The notes under the pieces were generated by a model, which was given only the letters and a program-made list of their open reading frames with translations, did not search any database and had not been told where the DNA came from. A DNA stretch of 64,000 nucleotides. Origin: Lama glama. Taxonomy: Eukaryota. Below are positions 10,241-23,750 of this stretch, one piece after another. Both the position numbers and the translations under genes were made by a program. The stretch lies in the NCBI GenBank assembly GCA_028534125.1, contig CM052816.1, positions 23,686,001 to 23,750,000 of the forward strand, read 5' to 3'. Position 1 is the first letter of the stretch; each line of letters begins with the position of its first letter.

Positions 10241-13200
10241 CTATGTTTATGTAGGCTGGGCTTTATCTAGGAGATAGGCACGTTATAAATAAGCTTATTT
10301 TTAGGTTATCAAGCCTCATCACCAGCTTCAAATGTGTTCCCTTCTAGGAGCAGACAAGTCTGAATCTAAGCACATCTGCAAGAAAAACTGAGGAGATCCC
10401 CGGAAAAAAAATAATCCCAAAGGGACACTAGAGTCTGCAAATAACCCTGCCCCACGTTAGTCATTACAAGGCACAGACTTGCGTAAAAGTGCTTGGTATC
10501 TACTTTCCCACCCAGCATCATCAGATTTAGTGCCCTGACTCTTTGTATATGAAGATGAGTTTGCCATGGGATGGTGGCGAGTTATGGGAGGGAAGAGGAT
10601 TATAATCAACTCCTGAAGGAGTTATCTCAGCTAAATCTCCATAAGATACTAAATGCAAGCATCTCGTGGATACACTTTGCCACAGAGCACAGTTTTGATA
10701 CCCCAAACACCTCAGCACATCAGAACAGTGCCCAGCAGGTGATGACCATCTTCAGAAGGGGCAGTGATACTGTTAGGATCAGTGCCCACTGACTTAATGG
10801 TGTCTGCCTTGGTAGCATCAGGTGGAAATGATCAGGAATCAAAAATGATGATCCCTCTGCTCAGCAGGTATAATAATCTCCCAGCACACTCTGAGCACTG
10901 AAGGGAAAAGCTTCCAGAAGCTAGGACCGTGCTGGTGGGGTGAGCACCATCAAAACTGAAGCTGCCCCCTTTAAGCCCAGCTCGTCTCAGCCACCTCCCT
11001 GGATTCACCAACTTCCAGAGTTCTCTCTGCAAAACAGCGTGAATAATGCCTGTGGCCTGCTGAACACCCACTGCTGCAAAGCCAGTCTCTGCCATGGCCA
11101 CACAGTTCAGCTACCACCACATGAGTGGTTACCCGGAACCAATCATTCTACTACAAAACTTACTATTTTTGTGACTGGGAAAATAAATTATTGTCAAATA
11201 TTATGCAAACCCATGAAAAATGCAACAAAATTATTGTTTCTCTGATAATTAGTTAAGTAATTTTTTAATAATGTCAAGTCACTCTAAAAAGATATTGTTC
11301 ATTTAAGTGCAAGTGATTAAGTGGCACAAGATTAGAAGAAAAATGTTGAAAGATTCTGCAATTAGATGTGAACAACCCCTCTTTAAAGAAACTAAACATG
11401 AAACTTATATTTTAGGGAGCAAAATGTCCTGATATCTTTAAGGAACACCCAGACAACCTTTACCTTTCTTGCTCTGCTCTGGTTGCCTCTGAGAATCAAC
11501 CAGCATTCTAAAAGCACAATTTCACCTCCTGTGACTCACAAGCACAGGGTGGATTTAGGCTAATGTTCCTCTGCACACAACTTACTAAAAAATAAGATTG
11601 TTTTTGACCTCTATCAATTTAACTTATTTTGTTGAGTTTCTCCTTTTCTTAAATACTTCTTGATATTGTTTAGATCTTATATATCCTTCTTATATTTTAA
11701 ATTTTTCACTGACTGTTAAGAGATAAGATTTTTTTTTAACGTGTCTAAGTTTACTAGCTTTCACAATCTCACTTGGAAAGAGAAGACCAAATTGCCTATA
11801 GCTGCGTAGAAACCCGGTTTCCTGAACTTTGATATAAGCTTACTGAGAAGATTAAATTCAAGATCTCAGAACTTCATATCTGAGATTCTAACCCTTGTTT
11901 CTAAGTTGTATTAGCTCGGGTAAGGAAATTAACTAGTAAATAAATCCTCACATCTCCGTGGTGTACACAATATAAGTTCATCTGTCACTCATACAAAGTC
12001 TGAGTTCCCGGTCAGCAACATTCAGGTACAAAGGCTTTTCCCATTACGTGGGTCAATCTTTCCGTAAGGCTTGGGAATCCCCTGCTTGATTTTCTGCATA
12101 CACCCAGGAAACTGATGCAGAGAATAGGATGGGAAATAGTGAGAAAGTGTTTAATGGACCAGGCCTGAAAGAGGTATACATCAATTCTATCCATGTGGCA
12201 TTAGACAGAATTCAATTGCCTGGTGGCATCAAACTGCAAAGAGAACTGAGATACATAGCTGGGCTATGTGTGTGTCCTAGAGGAAGAAAAAAGGATAAGT
12301 GAGCATGTAGCAGCCTCTACAACAGAAGTCCTCCACTGCAGATAATGTTTCCAACACATAATGACAAACTTATCCTGTATTCCAAGATGATATTTAGAAA
12401 TAAACATGAGGATGTAAGAGGAAGATTTTCTCCCTCCCAAATTATACTACCCTATTTGACATAAAGAATTAAGGTGGATTTTTTTCCTGTAATGTATTAT
12501 AATATATTCTGGATTATTGCTATCAGTGAGCAAGCTATTTCATTCCTAAATTGTGCATTGAAACTTGCCTCCCATAGTATTTATATAAACAGCTATGGAA
12601 TATAGATATTACTTTTATAAAAAATTTTTTTAAAGCTCAGAAAATATAACCCCTTAGGAAAACAAACTGTGAGTAAAGACGACTTAAAGCAAATTTCATT
12701 GCATTACTGATTTTCAACTGAAAAAATGTAGTTGGTTGATTGATTTGTTTGATTTTTTTTTTAAAAGGAATAAAAGGTTTTTATTGTACAAAGATAATCA
12801 CAAATTACAGAAACATGTTTGTTTATTTTAGATTCTAGAAGACTGTATGAAAACCAAATGTGATATGAAAATAATAGAATAATAATTAAAAATATGGAGC
12901 ATGTACTTCATGGAGATTCATCCCAAGGAAAACCAAGCTAGAATTACATAAATTAGAGCTCTAAAAATATTCCTTTTAATTTACAATTTGGAATGAAATA
13001 ACCAAATCCAACTTGAAGGAAATATTTAAAATGATTAAGATGTTTCACTAAAAAATTCTCTAAATGTTCCAAGAGAACATAATGTTTAAACAATAACCCA
13101 GAAAAACTTTAAACTATGAAAGAAAATACCTCAATTGTATATTTCCGATATGTTTATCCAATTTAAGGACATTGTAGATCAAATGGCTTTAATAGACTCT

Positions 13201-15527
13201 CTTTATGGAAAGTCCCTACTACAGTCCCTTTAGGAGAAAGACAATCTGTCTTTCATCTTCTTTGAATGACCTCTTGAGAAAAAAGAAAATGATGCTTCCT
13301 TGGCTGCATTTAAAAAGTCACTTTTCCAGTCAGCAGTGCTGAATTCTCCTCATCCAAGTATTCATCCTAGCACAAACCAAGAACATGCTGGCATACTTCA
13401 GAACTACACGTTTGGATGGGTAGTATCCGAAAGTTTGTTCTTTGAAAGAGTTATCATCGCTGATGGAATAATGATTCTTTTGACCAGAAAGGCCAAAGAA
13501 CAAACTGGAAAGGCCTGGGAAGCAGAACTGAATTCAAGCAAAACAGTGCAGTAAGTGAGATGTATTTCTAGCATTCCTGGTTGCTTCCCTGTCATTACTT
13601 AATCTCTTTAAGTCCCTCACTGTGAGGCTCAGCCTGGGTGTAATCTCAGACGGTGCACTACAATTTGGACCTCTTCTTCTTTTGTTCTTTCATCTTTTCC
13701 TCCAGTCCTCTCTGTTATGCTAGATGACATTTGTTGATATAATCAACTAATCTTTAGTGATACGTTAGCGCACATCCATGCCTTGGTGTGTTACTCTATC
13801 CACAAACATCAGTATTTTAACATAGACCTGTAGGACATGAAAACTCTCACTTCTTCTTTGGCAGCTGACAGAGAATTCTAAAGACATAGGTAGAGGAGGA
13901 CCACCCCACAGCTCTCACCATATAGTTGAACCACGCAGTTTGGCCTTCTCTTCCATAGTTTTACTTCCTCCTGAATGTATAATGGGATAATGGGTTTGTA
14001 TGAAGGGGAACATCTTCTATTAGATATTTATATAATCCCTGTTATAAGAGGACTGATTCTTTTGTTACTTTAGATTACAATGATCTCCTTAAGATGATGG
14101 TCACAATCTCAAATGCCCACAGGAGCTGGGTAGGTGAAAGGAACATGTGATGCTGGCAGGACATACTTCTACTTAGAAGTATTTAAATTCAAGTGTCTTG
14201 ACCTTTATGCTGGCTAAACTAAACATGCTTGCACCCTCTGCTTTAAGGCCCATAACAACAAAGCCACACTTCTGTGTTAAGAGACCGGAGGCCTTAGACT
14301 CTTGACTCTAGGACATGAGATTTGAGATCCCAGGGGAAGAAGAAGGTACTCCATCTCTCCTGGTCTTGATGATGGAAGAAAGATGAAGCTATCTAATCTG
14401 TAAGTAAAGGAAGAGAGCTAATATCTAAATAGTAACATTCTATGCTTTAAAAAATGTCCATATGTAAAGTAAATAAATGATGAGATTTGGGGATTTTTAG
14501 TTTTCTTCCTTATATTTTAAACTATTTTCAAGTGTTACACAATAAACAAATACTGCTTTTTAAATCAGAAAACAATGAAGTCTTCGGTCATTAATGTTAA
14601 TATGTTTACAAGACATTGCTAATTCTAATATCTAATATCTTTATGGTCTTTACAGGACCATGCCTAAGTGGCAGGCATTAGGGCAGTGGCAGCCACAAGG
14701 ATCTGGGCCAGGATGTGAGGAAGTTTCCTGAAAAATATGAGTGCCTGCACTTGACCCAGACAATGTGCAAAGTGGAGCACTCTGCAGTGACCAACGCAGA
14801 ATTGTGTGCTTTGCACACAAAAATGTCTGTACAGATTATACTGCCTCTGTATTTTTTATTTTCCCCAGTCATTTTGAAGCTTCAGTCTATCAAACTGTGC
14901 TAATGAAAAAAAAGAGAAAGAGCTTTTGTCCATATCTGAGCAGAAGGGTAGAGAAGGATAACCTCCTAGAGATCCAGGTTGGTGGCAGCAGCCGTGACGG
15001 AACACCTCGAAAGCTAAAGTCGAAGTCGGAAAGGCAGCTGCCCTGATTCTCCTTCCAAAGTCATGCTGGGTGCTCAGGATTTACATTTTTCTGGGAGAGG
15101 AGGACGGTATTCCGTAAACCTGGGATAAAATTAGTCATGCAATACCTTCAAAGCTCCTATTGTTTGTTTCTTTTTTCCCTTTCACTGTCCTTAGACATTC
15201 TTTCACAAGGGTAATGTGAGACTCAGGCTGAAGCTTCGACAGACTTGCAGAGATGAACTAACTTCATCTCAGAGGGGAAATAACCTACAGAAATGGTTAC
15301 GGGAAAGCCAAGATTTCCTTCTCTTTGGTTTTTGTCCATAGCCACCACTGAACAAAAGAGGAGGAGGAAGAAACTTGGTTTCTTCAGATGGTTGGCGGTG
15401 CTAATTTATAACTTGGCCAGAGCTGGAGACCTACAGCTGCAAGATTCTGTGACATTCCCCACAACTGCTCACCAATTAGCATGTGCACATCTCAATCTTA
15501 TATTCAGAGCTGTCCACAGTATGCCCC

Positions 15528-16545
15528 TGTATTATTAGTACCTACTGATGCATAACCACAAATCACCACAAACATTGCAGATTAAAACAACACCTATGCA
15601 TTATCTCACAGATTTATTATATGTGGGTCAGAAATCCAAAAGAGCTCAAATGGGGACCCTGCTCCAGGTCTCACAAGATCAGAGTCAAGCTGTGAGCCAG
15701 CCTGTCTCTTATCTGGAAGCTCTGGAGGGAATCCAGTTTAAGGAACATTCAGGTTGTTGGCAGAATGGTGTTATGCAATTACGACTGAAGTCCTGCTCCC
15801 TTGCTATTAACCAGAGACTGTTCTTAGTTTCTCGAGGCTGCCTACATTCTGTGGCTGGTGGCCTCTCCTTCAAAGTCAGATATGGTACATTGGATCCTTC
15901 TTGTACTTTGAATCTGACTTCTCTTGACTTCCTATTCTGCCACCAGTCTGAGAGGATCTCTACTTTCAGGGGTTCATAAACTTATTCTGGGCCCACCTGA
16001 GTAATCCAGTATAATCTCTCAATTTTAAGGTCAATTAGTAACTTTAATTATTTCAACAAAGTCCCTTTTTCCATATAAAGTAACATATTCAGAATTTTTT
16101 TCTATGTAGGAAGGAACTTTTTTTCTAATTGAAGTATTGTCAGTTACAATGTGCCAATTTCTGGCGTACAGCATAATGTTTCAGTCATATATATATATAT
16201 ACACATATATTCATTTTCATATTCTTTTTCATTAAAAGTTACTACAAGATATTGAATATGGTTCCCTGTACTATACAGAAAAAATTTGTTTTTATCTATT
16301 TTATATATAGTAGTTAACTTTTGCAAATCTTGAACTCCCAATTTACCCCTTCCCTTCCCCTTTCTCCCCAGTAATTATAAGTTTGTTTACCATGTCTGTG
16401 AGTCTGTTTCTGTTTTGTAGACAAGTTCATTACTGTCTTCTTTCTTCTTTCATATTCATAACTATCTTTTTTCATATTCACAGGTTCCAAGGATTAGGAA
16501 ATGGAATTTTTAGGGGAGGGGTATTTTAGAATTCTGCCTACCTAA
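15528..16545 (-). mobile_element. MLT1 (MaLR) LTR interrupted by a younger L1 3' end
   Basis: ttaaaacaacac...ttatctcacag...gggcccacctgagtaatccagtataatctctcaattttaaggtca...catattcacaggttccaaggattagg...ttctgcctacc. Confidence 0.8.
16118..16450 (-). mobile_element. Younger L1 3' UTR (second subfamily)
   Basis: Poly(T) then aattgaagtattgtcagttacaatgtgccaatttctggcgtacagc...ttccctgtactatacag; reverse-complement similar to the copy at 28128-28337. Confidence 0.85.
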
Positions 16546-17959
16546 GACCCTAACCAATATTCCCAGCTGAATCAAGGCAACTCTTTACCTCATACCACCT
16601 CCAGTTTCCTGACTCTGCACATTTTCTTACCTAAATTCTTCTGCCTAGAATGAATCTTTCCCTTTACACTCCACTGCCCCATCTCATCTACGTAGGTCCT
16701 GCTGATGCTTCAAGGTCAACTTCAAAGGGCTCTTCCATCAAGAATCCCTCCCAGGGTGACCCAGCCCCTTCTTTTACCACCCACACAACTTTGGATCCTA
16801 ATCACCTTTTCTTTTTCTCAGTAGCTAAACACAATATATATTTGTTCCAGTTCATACCACAGTTCAATGTGAGTTTTCGTGGTGGGTGACATTCCATAAG
16901 GTTATTGAGAACTTCAAGCTCGACCCTTGTGGTGTTTGTGGTCCTCTCCAATCAACTAGCAGAAAGGTAAACAGAGAGTAGAGAAGATTACCCATGAGGG
17001 GTTTATGTGGGTGAACCTTGTAAGATGCTATCAGAGAGAATACCAGGGGACCTTACTGAGGTGGAAGGGCAAGCGGTGGCTTCGTTGAAGAAGTGACATT
17101 TAACCTGAAATCTGAAAGAAGAGTGGGAACTTTTCAGGAAAGACACTGGTAAGAATGATCCAGCAACGGTAGTGGAAGTAGGGAAGACGTGAAATGAAGC
17201 TAGAGAAGTAGAAAGTTAGGTCATTTGGGGCCTTGTAGGGGCACATTGAGGATTCGTATTTTAGCTTCAGTGCCATTACTATTATTAAAATTAAAGTTTT
17301 AAGTAAAGAAGCAATCTGGCTAGACTGAATTTTTCAAAAGAACACAGGTGATAGTGTCGAGATGGAAGGGAAGAACCATGCAGGGGAAGCAGGGAGAACA
17401 GCTGGGAGGCCACTGCAGTCATCCAGGGACTCTCAATCCTCAAGTGTCCCATGACACTCGACCTTTCTATGGCACATTAACTGGACGCCTGGCCTTCCGT
17501 TGCGGAGAGAGACTCAACTCTCAAATGTTTACTTTGGTTGTAAAGACCTTAAAATGTTACAATGTGCCAATTCTGGCGTACAGCATAATAATATCCAACA
17601 TATTAGCTTATAATATGTTTCTCTTAGTTCAGATGATCTGACTTATAATGTTTATGTGACTCAATTAAATGCCACGTGTAAAATATCTAACTCATCAACT
17701 GGCCTATGTAAGTAATGAAAAAACATTAACTCCTCTGTGCCTCCTCTTTGTGTGATCCTCCCCACAACGTGGTGCACTGGTGCCAGTTCATTTAAACTAC
17801 TGTTTCCTCTCAGAAACCCAGCACAGTCCAATATTCAAATGTTCTAAGTTTTAAAAATCCTTTACCAAATAAATTTTCCAAAGTACATCAAAGTTATATA
17901 TTATTCATCTCTGCACCCAAGTGTATTATATACATCAACAAAAGTCACTATACAGTCAT

Positions 17960-18130
17960 TACCAACATGATGCCTGGAAAGGGCAAAGCCCTAGTGAACA
18001 TTCTTCTGAACTGGCTCCATACCCCACTGCACTGAGTTCAAAGTCAGTAAGACAGAAGTGATAAATGAGTTAGCTTGACCCAATATCAATATACACTCTG
18101 TCTACCTGGATTTTATCCAAGGCAGTTCAA
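17960..18130 (+). mobile_element. Possible CR1/L3 LINE reverse-transcriptase relic
   Basis: caacatgatgcctggaaagggcaaag and gtctacctggatttt...aaggcagttc resemble CR1 QHGF..GKSC and VYLDFSKAFD motifs. Very degraded. Confidence 0.4.
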
Positions 18131-18434
18131 AATTTTTGAGGAGGGAAAAAATAGGCCAGTGGCAGAGATCCTGGAAAACTAGGATATTTGGGGAAAGTTT
18201 TGAAAGACCTATAATCAGAATAACATCCAAAGAGAATAGAGAACAAAGAAATTAGAAAGACTGAACTACAAAGTGTGAAGAAAATCTGTATGATTGACAG
18301 ACTGAATGAATTCTTGTCGAAATAAGAGTGTAGAAATGTTGTGCTGATGATTACCTATGTGAAGCATTAGAGATTTCCACTGATTTACAAACTGATGCAT
18401 TTATTGACTAATCTTGGATTATAGGTCAGTTTTG

Positions 18435-18943
18435 CTGTGCCAGAAATCTTTCACTTAATTTCTCCTCCAAATTGACTCTCCACCATTCTCCATCTTGCTC
18501 ACTGTCGAGGGAAGCTGATTTGCATGGATTATACCAATGGGCTCCCAAGTCCTTTGGCTTCCAATTTTATTTGGCTGGCAGGAAACTAAGAGTGGGAGGA
18601 AAGTGAGGCCAGGGTATTTGTTTTCCTAATTCCCACCCTGTTAATTCACCATGCACAGCCTAGGTCCCTTGACAAAAGGTCACTTTTCCATCCCAGGTGG
18701 CTGCTCTATGAGATAGTCTCTCCTTCTGGGCTCTGGTAATATCTTCTTCCCACTGTCCATTCAGCTCTAGGGATGGCGAAAGCTTGCTTCTGCTAGTTCT
18801 AGGTTCTGCCACCACTACCCAACCCCCACCACACACACACACACACACATCTTCGTAACCAGTCTCTTTTATAAATAAATTCTTCTCAAATTATGCTAAT
18901 TTGAGTGCGATATCTTTTTCCTTTGAGATTCTGCCTGATATAG
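18435..18943 (+). mobile_element. LTR33-like (ERVL) solo LTR with (CA)n
   Basis: ctctccaccattctccatcttgctc...gggctcccaagtcctttggcttcc...aatttgagtgcgatatctttttcc...tgcctgatata. Confidence 0.75.
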
Positions 18944-20476
18944 AGAATTCCTGACAAACTATTTCTACTACACCTGTGTTTCGAAAACTTCAGTTATTCA
19001 TGTAAGGACTTTGTAGTCAGAGAAATCTGAGCAACTTATCTTTGTTCTCATGCCATAGCATGAGTTCAGAAACATCCCTGAACCAGATGGGGCCAGCCTG
19101 GGTCAGGGAGAAGGTGATAAATGGGGGCTGTGTTCGGGCCTGAGCGTTCTGTCCTAAAACGTGCTCTGTAGTCGGACTGTACACTGTACAGCACTGAAAC
19201 CAATAAGGTGCACCTGGTACCTTATGGTAAGGGATGTCCAGCACACAGCCAGACCCGCCTACCTACAAATGGCTCCAGCCTTCCATATTTAAGGTGGACC
19301 TGGAGGGGACAGCGGAGCTTCCAGAAGCTTTGATGTGACCTTCAATGACTCCTATTACCACCTGAAACTGTGTGGCCCCTTAACGAAGATTTTGAGGTCT
19401 AGAAGCTTGCATATCTACCTGACCTAAGAAATGCTGCTTTTCCTTCTGTTCTTCACTGTGGCTGCTCTGGTTTCATTCTCGATCCTCTGACTACGTCAGC
19501 TGTATCTAACATATTCCAGTAGTCTCTGCATCTTCTCTTACAATCAGTGCAAACCTACTCTTGGCATTTGTCAATACAGTAATCATGTGGTTCACTATCT
19601 TCATGACTATGCCTACTCTGCATACTTTTCAATCAATTTTAAATCCACTCCTTATTTTAATGAAATTATACCATGTAAAATATCAGTAAAATCACGGATT
19701 TGATGTGCTAGTTATATGATATCTTATATACATTAAGATAAATACATAGCACTGCTCAGTTTCTGCTAACATAGTAAGCTAAGGGCCTGGATCACGCTTT
19801 CACTGAAATCAACAGACAGTCTTAGATTAAAAAATTAGTCTTCATAAAAGCACACATGAGCTGGCAGAAAAGCGAACAATTCTCAGATGCTGTCCAAACC
19901 CAGATTTCACAGCCATATATAGGCAAGAATAAGAGATAAGAATAAGCTTCAAAGCCCAGTCAAAAGGGAGAATCTAGGAGGAGAAACGTTACCCTGCTTA
20001 TAAAACTTGACTCTCAAGTTGTGAGCTGCTTAAGGGTGAGTGGAGATAAACTCTCCTTTACTTAGTTACTGAGAAAAGGGGAGGAAATGATTATTAAAAA
20101 TTAGGAACTAGAAAGTAGCCTTCTTTATCCTGAACTTATACTTTCCAGGCAGACCAAAATTACCAAATTCCAAAATGTAATTCAGAGTGATCCCAGAAGT
20201 ATAATGTCCCCACAGCTTAGCTGAAGGATACAATCACCTAGAATCATCTAGATCCTAGGCCTCAAAGAATTTCTCAAAACCAACTGACAATAAAAATAAG
20301 AAAACCATAGCAAAAGTAACTAGTCATACAAGGAAATAAAGCTCTCTGAGAAATAATAAGCAAAAACAACAAACAGAAGGGACAGAAATACAGGAATTTA
20401 AGAAACTAACAATATCAGGACACAGATTTTTTAAAACATTATACTCATCATGTTTAAAGAAATAAAAGGCATTCAT

Positions 20477-21370
20477 AGGAATGGGAGAAAATTTTTGCAA
20501 GTGAAACCGACAAAGGCTTGATCTCCAGAATATATAAGCAGCTCATACGACTCAGTAAGAAAAAAATAAACAACCCAATCCAAAAATGGGCAGAAGACCT
20601 AAACAAGCAGTTCTCCAAAGAAGACANNNNNNNNNNNNNNNNNNNNNNNNNNNNNNNNNNNNNNNNNNNNNNNNNNNNNNNNNNNNNNNNNNNNNNNNNN
20701 NNNNNNNNNNNNNNNNNNNNNNNNNNNNNNNNNNNNNNNNNNNNNNNNNNNNNNNNNNNNNNNNNNNNNNNNNNNNNNNNNNNNNNNNNNNNNNNNNNNN
20801 NNNNNNNNNNNNNNNNNNNNNNNNNNNNNNNNNNNNNNNNNNNNNNNNNNNNNNNNNNNNNNNNNNNNNNNNNNNNNNNNNNNNNNNNNNNNNNNNNNNN
20901 NNNNNNNNNNNNNNNNNNNNNNNNNNNNNNNNNNNNNNNNNNNNNNNNNNNNNNNNNNNNNNNNNNNNNNNNNNNNNNNNNNNNNNNNNNNNNNNNNNNN
21001 NNNNNNNNNNNNNNNNNNNNNNNNNNNNNNNNNNNNNNNNNNNNNNNNNNNNNNNNNNNNNNNNNNNNNNNNNNNNNNNNNNNNNNNNNNNNNNNNNNNN
21101 NNNNNNNNNNNNNNNNNNNNNNNNNNTTGTGGTTGCCAGGGGGGTGGAGGGTGGGAAGGGATAGACTGGGATTTCAAAATTGTAGAATAGATAAACAAGA
21201 TTACACTGTATAGCACAGGGAAATATACACAAAATGTTATGATAACTCACAGAGAAAAAAATGTGACAATGAGTGTGTAAATGTTCATGAATGACTGAAA
21301 AATTGTGCTGAACACTGGAATTTGACACAACATTGTAAAATGATTATAAATCAATAAAAAATTTAAAAAA
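20477..21370 (+). mobile_element. Young 5'-truncated L1 spanning an assembly gap
   Basis: ORF2 C-terminal peptide [35 protein letters not shown], then 3' UTR and poly(A). Perfect 21-bp TSD aaagaaataaaaggcattcat at 20456-20476 and 21371-21391, preceded by ttt (L1 endonuclease site). Confidence 0.95.
20627..21126. other. Assembly gap (500 N)
   Basis: Run of exactly 500 N, probably a placeholder size. Confidence 0.99.
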
Positions 21371-21989
21371 AAAGAAATAAAAGGCATTCATGAAAAGATA
21401 TGCAGATATTAAGACTGTAAGCAATGACCACGCAGATTTTTAAGAATCAAACTTCTAGAAATGAAAAATAAAATAGTAAAAATTATAAATGCATAGATCT
21501 AATATCAGTTTACATATATCTCAAAAGATCATTAACTGGAAGATAGATCTGAGTTATCCAGAATGTACCACCACAAAGAGGCAAAGAGAAAATAAGAGAC
21601 ATGCAGAATACAGTAAAAGTCTAACATATAACAAGACACACTTACATTTGGAAAAAAATTAAATGGGCCAGAAATAATTATTTGAAGAGAATATTTGAGA
21701 ATATTCCAGAACTGATGAAAAACATCTACCCCCTCATTCAAAATATCTAACAGATGCCAAGCAGGATAAATAAAAAGAAATCCATATCTAGACTTAATCA
21801 TAATGAAACTTCAAATACCAAAGAAAATGAGAAACTCTTTATATCCACCAGAATTAAAAAGAAAAAAACAAAAGCAAAAAACCATATTTTCCCCAAACAA
21901 TTATTAGATGAACAGCTGATGCACAGAGAGAAAATAAGTGTCAACCTAGAACTATAAAACCAACCAATGTCTTTTAAGAATGAAAGTGA

Positions 21990-22118
21990 GGATATACAGC
22001 CAATGTTTTATAATAACTTTAACTAAAGTATAATCTATAAAAATATTGAATCACTATGTTGTACACTTGAAACTAATATAATATTGTAAGTCAACTATAC
22101 CTCAGTAAAAAAAAAAAA
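21990..22118 (+). mobile_element. Short L1 3' end (older subfamily) with poly(A)
   Basis: gaatcactatgttgtacacttgaaactaatataatattgtaagtcaactatacctc plus poly(A). Perfect 14-bp TSD aagaatgaaagtga at 21976-21989 and 22119-22132. Confidence 0.9.
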
Positions 22119-22179
22119 AAGAATGAAAGTGAATTAAAATGATTTCACGCAAATCAACATTAAGAAATTTTGGTACCAA

Positions 22180-22713
22180 TAGCCAAGACATGGAAACAGC
22201 CTGAATGTCCATCAACAGATGACTGGATAAAGAAGATGTGGTATACTTATACAATGGAATACTATTCAGCCATAAAAAACCGACAACATAACACCGTTTG
22301 CAGCAACATGGATGCTCCTGGAGAATGTCATTCTAAGTGAAGTAAGCCAGAAAGAGAAAGAAAAACACCATATGAGATCACTCTTATGTGGAATCTAAAA
22401 AACAAACAAACAAACAAACAAAACATACATACAAAACAGTAACAGACTCATAGACATAGAATACAAACTTGTGGTTGCCAAGGGTATGGGGGGTGGGAAG
22501 GGATAGACTGGAATTTCAAAATGTAGAATAGATAAACAAGATTATACCGTATAGAACAGGGAAATATATATGCAAGATCATATGGTAGCTCACAGAGAAA
22601 AAATGTGACAATAAATATATATATGTTCATGTATAACAGAAAAATTGTGCTCTACACTGGAATTTGACACATTGTAAAATGATTATAAATCAATAAAAAA
22701 TGTTAAAACAAAA
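22180..22713 (+). mobile_element. Young 5'-truncated L1 (ORF2 end plus 3' UTR)
   Basis: IAKTWKQPECPSTDDWIKKMWYTYTMEYYSAIK-type coding end, and a 3' UTR nearly identical to 21127-21370. TSD aagaaattttggtaccaa at 22162-22179 and 22714-22731. Confidence 0.95.
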
Positions 22714-23750
22714 AAGAAATTTTGGTACCAAAAAAACAACAACAAAAAGAAATTTTGGTACCAAACATCTTTAAACAAGAAAATTGTGAAGTTGTGTTTA
22801 GTAGGTAGAAAAAATTAATGAAGTTTTTAAAAATAAAAAAATAGGAAACAAATATAAAATCAATCCTCTTGTAATAATTCATAAAATAAATAAACTTCTC
22901 AAAACATTGACCAAGGAAAATGGGGTGAAAGCCCTAAAACAATGCATAGAAGTGGATAAAAGAAAGGAAAAGACACATTAATAAGAGAAACCACAAGAAA
23001 AGAGTATGAATCTCTTTAAACCAATAAATTTTAAAACTTGAATGAAATAAAATTTTTTTCTAAAAATTTTAAGAAAATTTAATCCAAAAAAAATTTAAAT
23101 ATGAATTGGCCTTCAACCTTTAAAGAAATGATATCAGTAGTTAAAAATCTTTCAACAATGACAAAAGGAGTTCCTACCAGGACCAACTAGACAGGCACAT
23201 ACTAAATTATATTAAAGAAAAAGGTAATCTTTCTCTTAACACTTATTACTTCCAAGAATTAAAACACTAGAAAGATCTTAAAATCATTTTATAAGATGAG
23301 TACAGCCTCAAACAACATAATCTGACAGGATAGTACAAAAACAGAAAATTATAGAACAATCTTACTTAGGAACATAGACATAAGAAATCCTAAAAAAAAC
23401 TAGCAAATTGATTCCAACAATGTACACAATGCAGTATAACACAAGCAAGTAAGTTTCATTACTGCAATGCAAGCCTGATTTAATATTATAAAATTTATTA
23501 CTGTAGTTCACCACTACAATAGATTAAAGGAAAAATATCACATGGTTATCCCAGTAAATACAGAAATGGCATTTGGTAAAATACAAACCTATTAAAAAAT
23601 AAAACCCTTGACCAAGTAGAAGGAAAAGAATTCCTTAACTTGTAATGCTTACATACCAAAAACCTACAGTGAAAAAGACACCTAAGAGTGAAACAGCAGA
23701 AGGAATTCTGCAGCCACTCTGCCTAACTTCTCCCATCAATCACTATTTCT

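Larger units (their letters stand above)
19760..23700 (+). mobile_element. Ancient L1M element (5' region, ORF1 and ORF2 relics) hosting three younger L1 insertions
   Basis: A-rich decayed L1. Near 23340-23420, gaaaattatagaacaatcttacttaggaacatagac...ctagcaaattgattccaacaa corresponds to ORF2 ENYRPISLMNID...LANRIQQ. Confidence 0.75.

Noticed and set aside
15548..15979. 143-aa ORF
   Set aside because: Lies wholly within a reverse MLT1 LTR and has no recognisable domain.
19283..19294. CArG-like ccatatttaagg
   Set aside because: Eight A/T bases between CC and GG, not the six of the CC(A/T)6GG consensus.
20518..21328. Long ORFs (192-258 aa) in the ORF track
   Set aside because: Artefacts of translating through the 500-N gap; the real residues are L1 ORF2 and 3' UTR.
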